DNA of 64,000 nt from IMG/VR virus record IMGVR_UViG_2844571421_000002, positions 1-64,000 of that record; one strand, written 5' to 3'. Under the pieces are notes generated by a model. That model searched no databases. It was not told where the DNA came from and saw nothing but the letters and a program-made list of their open reading frames with translations. A program made the translations under genes and the position numbers. Shown piece by piece: positions 25,881-34,782 of this stretch (its first letter is position 1; each line of letters opens with the position of its first letter). This DNA is from a virus. Lineage: Duplodnaviria > Caudoviricetes.

Positions 25881-27206
25881 GTGACTCCCTCTCTCGACGC
25901 CCCCACGAACAGCCCCTCGGTCATCGCCGGGGTCATCCAGCGGCTGAGCGTTTCCCAGCTCAAGCGCCACAAGCTGTGCCCGCGCGCATGGTTCTTTCAG
26001 AAGGTCATGCGCGTCCCCGAGCCCAGCACGGGAGCGCAGCAGGTCGGCACCGAAGGACACGCCCAGCTAGAGCATTTCCTAGTGACGGGTGAAGACGTCC
26101 TGGGCACGTTCGCGAGGGCAGGCGCCCATCTTCTGCCCACGCCCGGTCCCGACCTGCTTATCGAGCAGCCCTTGAACGGTGAACCGTCGCTGATGGCTGG
26201 CGGCATCCCCTTCACCGGATTCATCGACCTCGTAGACGCTCGACGGCTCGCCTCTGACGGCGTCCTTCGCATCACCGACCACAAGTTCACCAGCAACGTC
26301 GCGACGAATGCCGCGAGCGCCGAACAGCTCACCGACGCCGACACCGAACCGGGCTTGCAGATGGTCGGCTATGGCGCGTGGGCGCTCAGCCAGGTTGAGC
26401 GATTCCCGGGGCTGCGCACGCTGGAGCTTGAACACCTCTACTACCAGACTCGGGGACAACGCCTTGCCGCGTCCGTCGTCGCAACGGTGCCCGCCGAGCA
26501 CGTCGAGCGCGAGTGGCAGACAAAGGTCGAGCCCCAGGTCGAAGCGATGAAGGAGCACGCGCAAGCCGCCCGCGCTTCCGACGTGCCCGCGAACTACGGC
26601 CCCGCCTGCGGCAAGTACGGCGGATGTCCGTTCATGGCGAAGTGCCTCACAGGAGAGAACAAGACGATGTCCCTGCGCGACAAGCTGCTCAACAAGGCTT
26701 CCGAGTCCGCCCCCCTTACCGTTGCCGCGGTCGAGCGCAACGCCACGGAGCTGCCCGCCGTTCTTCCCCCAGACGCGCCCGCACCTACGCCCGTGCAGAC
26801 GGCCCCAGAGGTCGCCCAGGCCACTGAGCAGCCCGCGCCGAAGCGTCGCGGTCGCCCTCGCAAGGTGGCCGAGTCCGAGCAGCCCAAGGGCGAAATGCGC
26901 GTGCTCTTCGTCGACTGCATCCCGACGACCTTCGACGGACCGACGCCCGAGTCGCTTACGAGCTACGTCGACACCATGCATCGCAAGGTGGCCGAAGCGG
27001 GCGGCGTCGACGACGTGCGCTTCGCGGGCTCCGACTCGGCGCTCGGGTTCGGCAAGTGGCGCGGGGCGCTGGCCATGGCGGCGCGCGCCGAGCTGCCCGC
27101 CCCCGGCAGCTACGTCGCGCTCGGGGTCGCCCAGTCGGAGCTGATGCAGGTCATCGTCGAGGCGCTCGAACCGGCGTTCGACGTGGTCGTTCGTGGCGTC
27201 CACTAA
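25881..27206 (+). CDS. Phage PD-(D/E)XK (RecB/Cas4-like) exonuclease
   Basis: LSVSQL...CPRAW, GTEGH, GFIDLVD, ITDHKF, QMVGY, C-terminal CGKYGGCPFMAKC. Confidence 0.82.
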   Translation: MTPSLDAPTNSPSVIAGVIQRLSVSQLKRHKLCPRAWFFQKVMRVPEPSTGAQQVGTEGHAQLEHFLVTGEDVLGTFARAGAHLLPTPGPDLLIEQPLNGEPSLMAGGIPFTGFIDLVDARRLASDGVLRITDHKFTSNVATNAASAEQLTDADTEPGLQMVGYGAWALSQVERFPGLRTLELEHLYYQTRGQRLAASVVATVPAEHVEREWQTKVEPQVEAMKEHAQAARASDVPANYGPACGKYGGCPFMAKCLTGENKTMSLRDKLLNKASESAPLTVAAVERNATELPAVLPPDAPAPTPVQTAPEVAQATEQPAPKRRGRPRKVAESEQPKGEMRVLFVDCIPTTFDGPTPESLTSYVDTMHRKVAEAGGVDDVRFAGSDSALGFGKWRGALAMAARAELPAPGSYVALGVAQSELMQVIVEALEPAFDVVVRGVH

Positions 27207-27261
27207 TCGCTCGTCATCTGCCCCGTCGGCTTCGGCTGGCGGGGCTCCAGCACTCCCAAAC

Positions 27262-29109
27262 ATGAAACTTCTTCACCGGATTCACCCGGGCGCGGCGACC
27301 TTCGCTGAGCGCCCCGCCACCGCTGCGCCGACAGCTCTCGCGAAGCTCGCTGGCGACCGCTCGACTATCGCGAAGGGACAGCCCGTGGGCTGGTCGCCAG
27401 ACCTCGCACGGGTGCTCAGCCTTCCGCGCCGCGACCTCGCGAGCACATACGGCGATGCCGACTTCGTCGCGCTGGAAGCCGCGCTGCGCGCCCCTGCCGA
27501 CACGCGTTGCACTTGCGGGACGCTCGGGAAGCGGTGCCCGTCCTCGTTGCTCCCTATCCAGCGCCTCGCCCTCTTGGAAGCCGCGCGCGTGGGTGGATTG
27601 CTCGCTCCCATCGGCACCGGCCATGGAAAGGAGCTGACCTCCTTCCTCACCCCCATGGTGATGCCCGGCTGTCGCGTGGCAGTCCTCTTCATCCCCGCTA
27701 ACCTGCTGCCGCAATTCGAGACTGAATGGGATTACTACGGCGCGCACTGGCGCCTGCCCAACCTCGCAGGGGGCCGCTGGTTTCGCGCGGGGCTGCCGGT
27801 GCTCCACGTCGTCACCTACAACAAGCTCTCCAGTCAAGAAGCCACGGGCCTCCTAGAGCGCATCCGCCCGGACCTGGTAATCCTCAACGAGGCCCACAAC
27901 CTCAAGGACCCGAAATCCGCGCGCACAGGGCGATTCCTACGTTACCTCGAGAAGCACCCACGGACGCGCCTCGTAGCACTCTCCGGAACCTTCGCCTCGA
28001 AGAGCATCAAGGATTACGCGCACCTTTCGCGGCTGGCGCTCGGTGAGGGCTCGCCCCTGCCTCTGGCCCACCACGTCGTGGAGGAATGGGGGACAGCCCT
28101 AGACCCGGGCAGGGTGGTGGCCCCTCCTGGCGTGTTGGAGCGGCTGTGCGAGCCAGGGGAGCACGTACGCGAGGGCTACCAGCGCCGTCGCAACGCGACG
28201 CACGGTGTGGTGGCCACGAAAGAGAGCGCACTGGATAAGCCCCTCATCATCCGTCCGCGCTATCCGGGCCCGGTGCCCGCGCAGCTCCTCGCCCTCATCA
28301 AACTGGCTCACGCGGGGGAGCGCCCGGACGGGGAGCAGTTTCAAGAGCAGCTCCAGTCCGTGGCCTGCGCCCGCCAGTTGTCCTCCGGCTTTTACCATCG
28401 CTGGCGCTACCCGCGAGGCGAACCTCCGGAGTTGATCGAGAAGTGGTTCGCGCAGCGAAAGGCATGGAACAAGGAAGTCTGGGAGGAACTGAAGGGCAAG
28501 CGTCGTGAGCACCTGGATTCGCCAGGGCTGCTCACTAAGGCGGCCATCCGCGCGCATATGTCACCACCCTACGAGGGCGCTAAGCCCGTCTGGCACGCGG
28601 CGACGTGGCCGGAGTGGGCGGAAATTCATGCCGCCGTGCAGCCCGAACCCCAGGCCGTTTGGGTGTCGGACTTTCTCGTGAAGGACGCGGCGGAATGGGC
28701 TCGCTCGCGGGTGGGCATCGTCTGGGTTGAATATCCGGAGCTAGGTGAACGCATCGCGAAGGCGGCGGGTGTGTCGTTCTACGGAGGAGGAAAAGCAGCG
28801 TCCGAGGCCATCCTCAGTGAGACAGGAACGCGCTCCGTGGTGGCGAGCATTAAGGCACACGCCACGGGGAAGAACCTTCAGCAGTTCTTTCGAAGCCTCG
28901 TGGTGACACCGCCCTCGGATGGCGCCACCTGGGAGCAATTGCTCGCGCGCACGCATCGCCCAGGCCAACAAGCCCCGTGCGTCGAGGTGGACGTGTGCCT
29001 ACACACTCAGGACTACGTGACCGCCTTCGCCACGGCCCAGGAGCGGGCGCGGTTCATCCAACAGACCGACGGACAGCACCAGAAGCTACTGCTCGCACAC
29101 CCACAGTAG
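27262..29109 (+). CDS. Superfamily 2 helicase; start probably ATG 27262
   Basis: GTGHGKE Walker A-like, VILNEAH Walker B variant, LSGT motif III, ATGKNLQ motif V, QLLARTHRPGQ motif VI. Confidence 0.8.
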   Translation: MKLLHRIHPGAATFAERPATAAPTALAKLAGDRSTIAKGQPVGWSPDLARVLSLPRRDLASTYGDADFVALEAALRAPADTRCTCGTLGKRCPSSLLPIQRLALLEAARVGGLLAPIGTGHGKELTSFLTPMVMPGCRVAVLFIPANLLPQFETEWDYYGAHWRLPNLAGGRWFRAGLPVLHVVTYNKLSSQEATGLLERIRPDLVILNEAHNLKDPKSARTGRFLRYLEKHPRTRLVALSGTFASKSIKDYAHLSRLALGEGSPLPLAHHVVEEWGTALDPGRVVAPPGVLERLCEPGEHVREGYQRRRNATHGVVATKESALDKPLIIRPRYPGPVPAQLLALIKLAHAGERPDGEQFQEQLQSVACARQLSSGFYHRWRYPRGEPPELIEKWFAQRKAWNKEVWEELKGKRREHLDSPGLLTKAAIRAHMSPPYEGAKPVWHAATWPEWAEIHAAVQPEPQAVWVSDFLVKDAAEWARSRVGIVWVEYPELGERIAKAAGVSFYGGGKAASEAILSETGTRSVVASIKAHATGKNLQQFFRSLVVTPPSDGATWEQLLARTHRPGQQAPCVEVDVCLHTQDYVTAFATAQERARFIQQTDGQHQKLLLAHPQ

Positions 29110-29181
29110 GGCAAAATTTGTCGATGGAGAGCCCCCAAGCTAGGATTACAAAATTCACCTTTTCTTCAATTTTCCATCCCC

Positions 29182-30948
29182 ATGGCCAATACTGTCCGCT
29201 TCCAGGTCGACCCCCGCCTTGCAACCCTTCTAGGGGAGAACTACCGCTCAACTGAGCAAGCTCTCAAAGAGCTTATCGACAATGCATGGGATGCGGACGC
29301 CGAAGTTGTCCGCGTAACGATGCCAGATGAAGCAATCACTGCGGGGCCGATCGTCGTCGCGGACGATGGACTTGGGATGACCCATCGCGAAGTAGGTAGC
29401 GAGTATCTACTGGTGGCACAGGATCGCCGGAGCCAACGTGGAAACGAATCTCCGCGATTTGGGCGCAAAGTCAAAGGTCGAAAAGGGATCGGTAAATTTG
29501 CAGGCTTGATGGTGGCAGACACAATGGTCGTCGAAACAAGGTCACGGGGAGACTACACCCGCCTTGAGATCCAGAAGGGCGACCTAAATACCAAGCGGCA
29601 TCTCGAAAAGGTCGAACTCCCTTCGACGACAAAAACCTGCAATGCCACCGAACATGGCACCAAGGTCACCTTAACCAACCTAAACCAGAGACTCTCTGCC
29701 CCATCCACCGAAAAACTACGCCAATTGCTGGCAGCAGAATACGCACGCGCTCCCGGATTTAAAATCTTCATCAATGACACTCCTGTCAACATCACATCCA
29801 TCCCCGGAAAGCCTTTCGAGAGAACGTTCAACACTCCGGACATCGGCACCATCGCCCTAAACCTACGCATCGCAAGTGGAGACAAGCCAACAAAGATTAA
29901 AAACCCAGGGATCTCTATCCGAGTAGGAGGGAAAATCGTCGGACGCCCCACGTTTTGCGGACTAGATTCCGACCCCACGATTCCACGCAAACTGCTCAAC
30001 AGGGTCTTTGGTGAAGTCGAAGCTGATGGGCTCCTCGGCGACACAACCCCAGACTTTGGCGACTTCTTCGAGAATAGCCGAGCATATGCGCAGGTACAGA
30101 ACATCATTCAGGGGGCACTAAAGGAGCGACTCCAGAAGGAGTTCGCTCGCGAAATCAATCTCCTAAAGGCAAGGAACGCCAAAGAGATTAAAAAGGCTCT
30201 GGAACGTCTTCCGGAGCATCGGAAGAAAGCGGCACACGAAGCAATCGAGCGGATTCTTACAAAGTTCTTCGGAGAGTCGGAGGAACGAATTACCTCCATC
30301 ATCTCCGTAGCATTGGAAGCACTCGAACGCGATGAATACTGGGTGGTCTTGAACTCCATCCAAAAAGCCAAGCTGGGCGATGTCGCTGGCTTTGCCGATG
30401 CACTGGTTGACTTTGGCATAACGGACATGGCCTTCATGGCTCAACAAGCTCGAGGGCGTCTTGCCGTACTGCGGGAACTAACTGAGTTGATGCTAGATTC
30501 TGCAACCGAAGAAAAGCAGATGCATGTCATCATCGAAAAGAACCTCTGGATCCTAGGGCCGACCTATGCGCTCTACGCATCCAACAAAACCCTATCAAGT
30601 ATTCTTGAATCATTTATTGACCGCGCAGCCCTAACAGACAGGTGGAACAAAAGACCGGACCTCCTCATCTGCAACACCATCGACGAAAAGCACTTGCTGA
30701 TTGAGCTCAAGCGCCCCTCACACTCGCTAACGCGTGACGACCAAAGTCAGGCAGAAAAATACCGAGACACACTCATTGCTCATTTCACGCCCCTTGAGAT
30801 ACTTGTCATAGGAGGAAAAACATCACCCCAAATGAACACAAACTACATGCCGACCGATCTCAAGGTCGCCTCGTACGCCCAAGTCGTCGCCCGCGCGGAA
30901 GCTCAACTCAAGTGGCTCGTCACGCAAATCACAGATGACAAAGGTTAA
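29182..30948 (+). CDS. GHKL (MORC/HSP90-like) ATPase fused to a PD-(D/E)XK nuclease (cargo, candidate defence)
   Basis: ELIDNAWDA, DDGLGM, GRKGIGKFA and GTKVTL GHKL motifs; C-terminal EKNLWILG, RPDLL, LIELKRP, QAEKY; AT-richer than flanks. Confidence 0.8.
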   Translation: MANTVRFQVDPRLATLLGENYRSTEQALKELIDNAWDADAEVVRVTMPDEAITAGPIVVADDGLGMTHREVGSEYLLVAQDRRSQRGNESPRFGRKVKGRKGIGKFAGLMVADTMVVETRSRGDYTRLEIQKGDLNTKRHLEKVELPSTTKTCNATEHGTKVTLTNLNQRLSAPSTEKLRQLLAAEYARAPGFKIFINDTPVNITSIPGKPFERTFNTPDIGTIALNLRIASGDKPTKIKNPGISIRVGGKIVGRPTFCGLDSDPTIPRKLLNRVFGEVEADGLLGDTTPDFGDFFENSRAYAQVQNIIQGALKERLQKEFAREINLLKARNAKEIKKALERLPEHRKKAAHEAIERILTKFFGESEERITSIISVALEALERDEYWVVLNSIQKAKLGDVAGFADALVDFGITDMAFMAQQARGRLAVLRELTELMLDSATEEKQMHVIIEKNLWILGPTYALYASNKTLSSILESFIDRAALTDRWNKRPDLLICNTIDEKHLLIELKRPSHSLTRDDQSQAEKYRDTLIAHFTPLEILVIGGKTSPQMNTNYMPTDLKVASYAQVVARAEAQLKWLVTQITDDKG

Positions 30949-31010
30949 AATCCCGGGCGCACGGAGTCTGGGTTAGATGGCCATTCGCTGGGGCAGGCTT
31001 TTCGCGACTA

Positions 31011-31030
31011 CGCCTCGCCTCGCCTCGCCT
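31011..31030. repeat. Microsatellite (CGCCT)4
   Basis: CGCCTCGCCTCGCCTCGCCT between the cargo gene and the promoter at 31061. Confidence 0.8.
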
Positions 31031-31060
31031 CCTACGACTACCTACCTGGGCGCGTGCTAT

Positions 31061-31091
31061 CGAACCACTCCCAAAATCCGCACGCATTTAC
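31061..31091 (+). promoter_or_regulatory. Putative phage-sigma promoter for SSB-like gene and DNA polymerase
   Basis: CGAACC-ACTCCCAAAATC-CGCACGCATTTAC, followed by hairpin GTCAGCG-N8-CGCTGAC (31097-31118). Confidence 0.65.
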
Positions 31092-31146
31092 GTGGGGTCA
31101 GCGCACTTCGCCGCTGACGTAACCCAAGTCGAAGGGCCCACGTAAC

Positions 31147-31677
31147 ATGAACAACGCACTGACGAAGATTGCCACCGCGCAGGCTGCGGCTGGCGGACGC
31201 TACCCGCGCTTCGGTCGCTACCTGCTCGAAGTCGAGGTCATCCGCACAAAGGAGGGCTTCAAGGGCGACTCGGCCATCGCCGAGCTGAAGGTTCGCGAGT
31301 CTGAGCCCCTCGCGGGTGACGAGACTCCGAGCCGACCGGGCGAGACGGTCGACTACGTCGAGAACCTGAGCGACCAGAAGAAGGGCGGCGGCGGACGCTT
31401 CAAGTCCTTCCTGATGACGCTCGTGGGGGCCGACGAGTACGAGTTCGCCAACCCGGCCGCCCTGAAGAAGTTCTTCGACGAGCGGCAGGCGGGCACCCAC
31501 CTCCTGATTCGCTGCGAGGTCTTCCCGAAGCAGCTCCCTGCGAAGGAGGGCCACGCCGGGAAGGTCATCAGCGGCTATCGCTGGTCGCACGTCGAGCTGA
31601 ACGACGAGCAGCTCTCCCAGGCTGAGCACGCGCGCAAGGCGAGCAAGCTCCCCGCGCTCACCGACGCCCTCGCCTGA
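31147..31677 (+). CDS. Phage replication protein, possibly ssDNA-binding
   Basis: 176 aa, beta-rich, between helicase and DNA polymerase. The function is positional inference only. Confidence 0.45.
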   Translation: MNNALTKIATAQAAAGGRYPRFGRYLLEVEVIRTKEGFKGDSAIAELKVRESEPLAGDETPSRPGETVDYVENLSDQKKGGGGRFKSFLMTLVGADEYEFANPAALKKFFDERQAGTHLLIRCEVFPKQLPAKEGHAGKVISGYRWSHVELNDEQLSQAEHARKASKLPALTDALA

Positions 31678-31760
31678 TACCGGGCGGCGACTGACGGCGC
31701 GCTTCCGTCGGCGGCTGGCCCACGTCACGGGCCGCCTTCCCATTCCCAAAGGCAGCCTTC

Positions 31761-33770
31761 ATGAATGTCTGGTCCTTCGACACGGAAACGTGGCTGATTC
31801 AGCCCGGCTTGCTCGCGCCCCCTCTCGTGTGCGGCAGCATCGCGGCGGCAGCTCCAGGCAGTGAACGACTGCTCGACAAGGCTCAAGCCCGGCAGTTCTT
31901 TCGCGAGGCCATCACCTCACCTGACACGGACCTTGTCGGCGCAAACCTCGCCTACGACCTGGGCGTCATGGCGGCGGATGACCCGAGCCTCGTGGCGCTC
32001 ATCTTCGCGGCGCTCGAAGCCGGCCGCCTGCATTGCGTCCAGGTCCGCGAAGCCCTCATCGACATTGCCCGGGGCCTGTACGGAGTGGACCCGTCGACAG
32101 GCCGGAAGCTCGACGATGACGAAGGCGCCCGCTACCCGCTCGCGCTTCTCGTGCAGCGCCATCTCGGGCTCGACATCAGCGAGGACAAGAAGAACCCGAA
32201 GGCATGGCGCCTGCGCTACGCGGAACTCGACGGCGTGCCTGTCGAGCGCTGGCCCCAGGATGCGGCCGACTACCCGAAGCGCGACGCTCGCTACACGCTC
32301 GACGTCTTCTACCGGCAGGAAGCCGTAGCCCGGGAGACACCCAACGGCGGCAACCTGCATGCCGAAGCCGAGCAGATGCGCGCCGCCTTCGCGCTCCACC
32401 TTGCGTCCATCTGGGGACTCCGAACGAACGGTGACTCGGTCGCCGTGCTGCGGGAGCGGGTGGAACGGGAGTGGGGAGAGAACCGCGCCAAGTTCCAGGC
32501 GGCGGGCATCTACCGTGAGGATGGCACCAAAGACTCGAAGCGCCTCGCGGCGCTCGTGACTGCCGCCTACGACGGACAGCCGCCCATCACCGCGCCCAGC
32601 GACCGATTTCCGGACGGCCAGGTCGCGACCGACCGTGACACGCTGCTCGGTTCGGGTGACGCGCTCCTCGAGGACTTGGGCAAGAGCGGGCGCGTCGACA
32701 AGTACAAGTCGACCTACCTGGACGTCGTGGAAGCGGGCACCTCGCTCCCCATCAATCCGCGATTCAACGTGCTCGTCAGCACCACGCGCGTGTCGAGCGA
32801 CTACCAGCAGCTCCCGCAGAAGGGCGGCATCCGTGAGGTCCACGAGGCGCGGCCCGGCTTCGTCTACTGCTCGGTCGACTACGGCGGGCTTGAGCTTCGC
32901 ACCATGGCTCAGCGGGCCATCTGGGAACTCGGCTTCTCGAAGATGGCCGAAGCGCTGAACAGTGGACTCGACGTCCACACCCTTGCCGCGGCTGAATTCC
33001 TCGGGGCGAGCTACGACGAGCTGCTTCCGAAGGTGAAGGCGAAAGAGCCCCTCGCGGTCGCCTTCCGCCAGCTCGCGAAGATTCTCAACTTCGGCAAGGG
33101 CGGCGGGATGACGGGCGGCTCGCTCGTCTACAACGCACGCGCGAAGGACCGGGTTTCCTTCTGCCTGCTGGCGAAGCGCGCAGACGTCTGCGGCATCGAG
33201 CGCGTCGTCATCACCGTGCAGCGCCAGCCGAAGATGGTCTGCCGGGCCTGCGTCGAAGTCGCCAAGGAACTGGACACGAAGTGGCTCAATGCGTGGCCCG
33301 AGCAGCGCGAGCTACAGCACCGGGCGAAGTCACGCACCTACGGGCGCGGGTTTGCCGACGTGATGATTCCGGGGGCCAACATCCTGCGCGGTGGGTGCGG
33401 CTACACTCAGATTCTCAACACCCCATTCCAGGGGCTCGGCGCTGTCGGGTGCAAGCTCGCCATGTGGCGCGTCAGCCGCGAGATGTACGTCGACCGCCGC
33501 TCGCCGCTCTACGGCTCGCGACTCGTCCTCATGGTGCATGACGAGCTGATTAGCGAGCTACTCGCCGATGACGCCCAGCGGATGCACGACGCCGCCGAGC
33601 GCAAGGCGTACCTGATGCGCGAGGCGATGAAGGAGACGACTCCCGACCTGGCACCGGCAATCGAAGCCGAGCCCGCGCTGTCTCGCATCATGTCGAAGGA
33701 CGTCGCCACCGTGCGCGATAGCTCCGAGCGGCTGCTCGTCTGGGAGCCACCAACAAAGCGCGCTGCCTGA
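31761..33770 (+). CDS. Family A DNA polymerase with 3'-5' exonuclease
   Basis: Exo motifs DTET, NLAYD, YPKRD; Pol motif A DYGGLELR, motif B RQLAKILNFG, motif C VHDE. Confidence 0.92.
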   Translation: MNVWSFDTETWLIQPGLLAPPLVCGSIAAAAPGSERLLDKAQARQFFREAITSPDTDLVGANLAYDLGVMAADDPSLVALIFAALEAGRLHCVQVREALIDIARGLYGVDPSTGRKLDDDEGARYPLALLVQRHLGLDISEDKKNPKAWRLRYAELDGVPVERWPQDAADYPKRDARYTLDVFYRQEAVARETPNGGNLHAEAEQMRAAFALHLASIWGLRTNGDSVAVLRERVEREWGENRAKFQAAGIYREDGTKDSKRLAALVTAAYDGQPPITAPSDRFPDGQVATDRDTLLGSGDALLEDLGKSGRVDKYKSTYLDVVEAGTSLPINPRFNVLVSTTRVSSDYQQLPQKGGIREVHEARPGFVYCSVDYGGLELRTMAQRAIWELGFSKMAEALNSGLDVHTLAAAEFLGASYDELLPKVKAKEPLAVAFRQLAKILNFGKGGGMTGGSLVYNARAKDRVSFCLLAKRADVCGIERVVITVQRQPKMVCRACVEVAKELDTKWLNAWPEQRELQHRAKSRTYGRGFADVMIPGANILRGGCGYTQILNTPFQGLGAVGCKLAMWRVSREMYVDRRSPLYGSRLVLMVHDELISELLADDAQRMHDAAERKAYLMREAMKETTPDLAPAIEAEPALSRIMSKDVATVRDSSERLLVWEPPTKRAA

Positions 33771-33798
33771 ACCACGGCCGAAATCCGCACCCATTTAG
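33768..33798 (+). promoter_or_regulatory. Putative phage-sigma promoter for the resolvase-xis-int operon
   Basis: TGAACC-ACGGCCGAAATC-CGCACCCATTTAG; the TGA is the polymerase stop codon; overlapped by palindrome TTAGGGAG-N8-CTCCCTAA (33795-33818). Confidence 0.66.
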
Positions 33799-33830
33799 GG
33801 AGCACACGCACTCCCTAACAGGTGCAACGC

Positions 33831-34004
33831 ATGGCCAAGACAACCGACGCGCTCGAACAGCTCCCGCCCGCCCTCTGCCCGTATCTCGACGCGGACCTCG
33901 ACGACGCAGTCACCTTCGATGTCGCCGACTTCGACGAGCTGCGGCTGATGTCCGCGATTGAAGGTGAAGCGGCCTCCCCTCTCCTCATGCTTGCGGCCCG
34001 CTGA
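33831..34004 (+). CDS. Small acidic hypothetical protein (57 aa)
   Basis: MAKTTDALEQ...; TGATG-coupled to the next gene. Confidence 0.6.
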   Translation: MAKTTDALEQLPPALCPYLDADLDDAVTFDVADFDELRLMSAIEGEAASPLLMLAAR

Positions 34005-34564
34005 TGCTGACGACTCGAAATCTACTCGTGGCGCTCGACCCCGGGCTTCGCGAGTGCGGCGTCGCAATCTTCGACCTGGACTCGGGCGAGCTGCTCGCGG
34101 CGGGCATGCCCACGAATCCCGAGCGGAAGGCCCGTGGGCTTGCGGCATGGTCGCGCATGGCGGGAGGGGTCGCCGCGTTCGCTTCGTCGTTCCTGGAGCC
34201 TCTCAGGGCCGCTGGCGTGGCTGTTTCCGTCACCGTCGCGAGCGAGTGCCCCCAGGTCTACACGGCCGGGAAGAGCAAGGGCGACCCGAACGACCTGATT
34301 GAACTCGCGGGAGTCGTCGGCCGGGTTGCCGGTGAGCTTCGCGCGACGGGTGAGCGCAGCTTCCTGCCCCGCGAGTGGAAGGGAACGCTCGACGGTGACG
34401 TCATGGTCGAGCGCATCAAAGCGCGCCTCGGTGAGCGACCGCACGAATACCGGCGGGTGCAGCTCCCGCGTGCCCAGGACAAGCACCACAACGTTTGGGA
34501 TGCCGTCGGCATCGGCCTTCACGTCGTCGGCCGACTCGCGCCCCGGAAAGTCTTCCCGAGGTAG
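34004..34564 (+). CDS. RuvC-like Holliday junction resolvase
   Basis: LVALDPG, ASECPQ, PREWKG and HNVWDAVGIG acidic catalytic motifs. Confidence 0.8.
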   Translation: MLTTRNLLVALDPGLRECGVAIFDLDSGELLAAGMPTNPERKARGLAAWSRMAGGVAAFASSFLEPLRAAGVAVSVTVASECPQVYTAGKSKGDPNDLIELAGVVGRVAGELRATGERSFLPREWKGTLDGDVMVERIKARLGERPHEYRRVQLPRAQDKHHNVWDAVGIGLHVVGRLAPRKVFPR

Positions 34565-34566
34565 CC

Positions 34567-34782
34567 ATGCCTGATAGCAATGAAGGCACTCCCGAGTTCC
34601 TGACGGTCGATGAGGCCGCAGCACTTCTGCGCGTGAACCGAAAGACACTCTACGAGTCGATTCGGCTGGGTCAGGTGCCGGGAGTCGTTCGCATCGGGAA
34701 AGCGCTGCGAATCCGGCATGCCGCGCTGGTAGAGTCCCCCTCCGGGAAGGGCCGCGATTCTGCGCTTTGGAGTCGACGATGA
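34567..34782 (+). CDS. xis: Excisionase-like HTH protein; start ATG 34567
   Basis: FLTVDEAAALLRVNRKTLYESIRLGQVPGVVRIGKALRI (HTH_17-type), directly upstream of the integrase. Confidence 0.78.
   Translation: MPDSNEGTPEFLTVDEAAALLRVNRKTLYESIRLGQVPGVVRIGKALRIRHAALVESPSGKGRDSALWSRR

Noticed and set aside
30972-30978. GTTAGAT after the GHKL-nuclease gene as an attC core site
   Set aside because: There is no L' box 6 nt upstream and no complementary RYYYAAC; a 7-mer is expected by chance.
31761-33770. Polymerase as DpoZ, indicating a 2-aminoadenine genome
   Set aside because: No purZ, datZ or mazZ-like genes are visible; the motif B variant alone is not evidence.
34567-34782. HTH gene as the prophage repressor
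   Set aside because: It has an excisionase-type pattern, is co-oriented and overlapping with int in the lytic operon, and has no peptidase domain.
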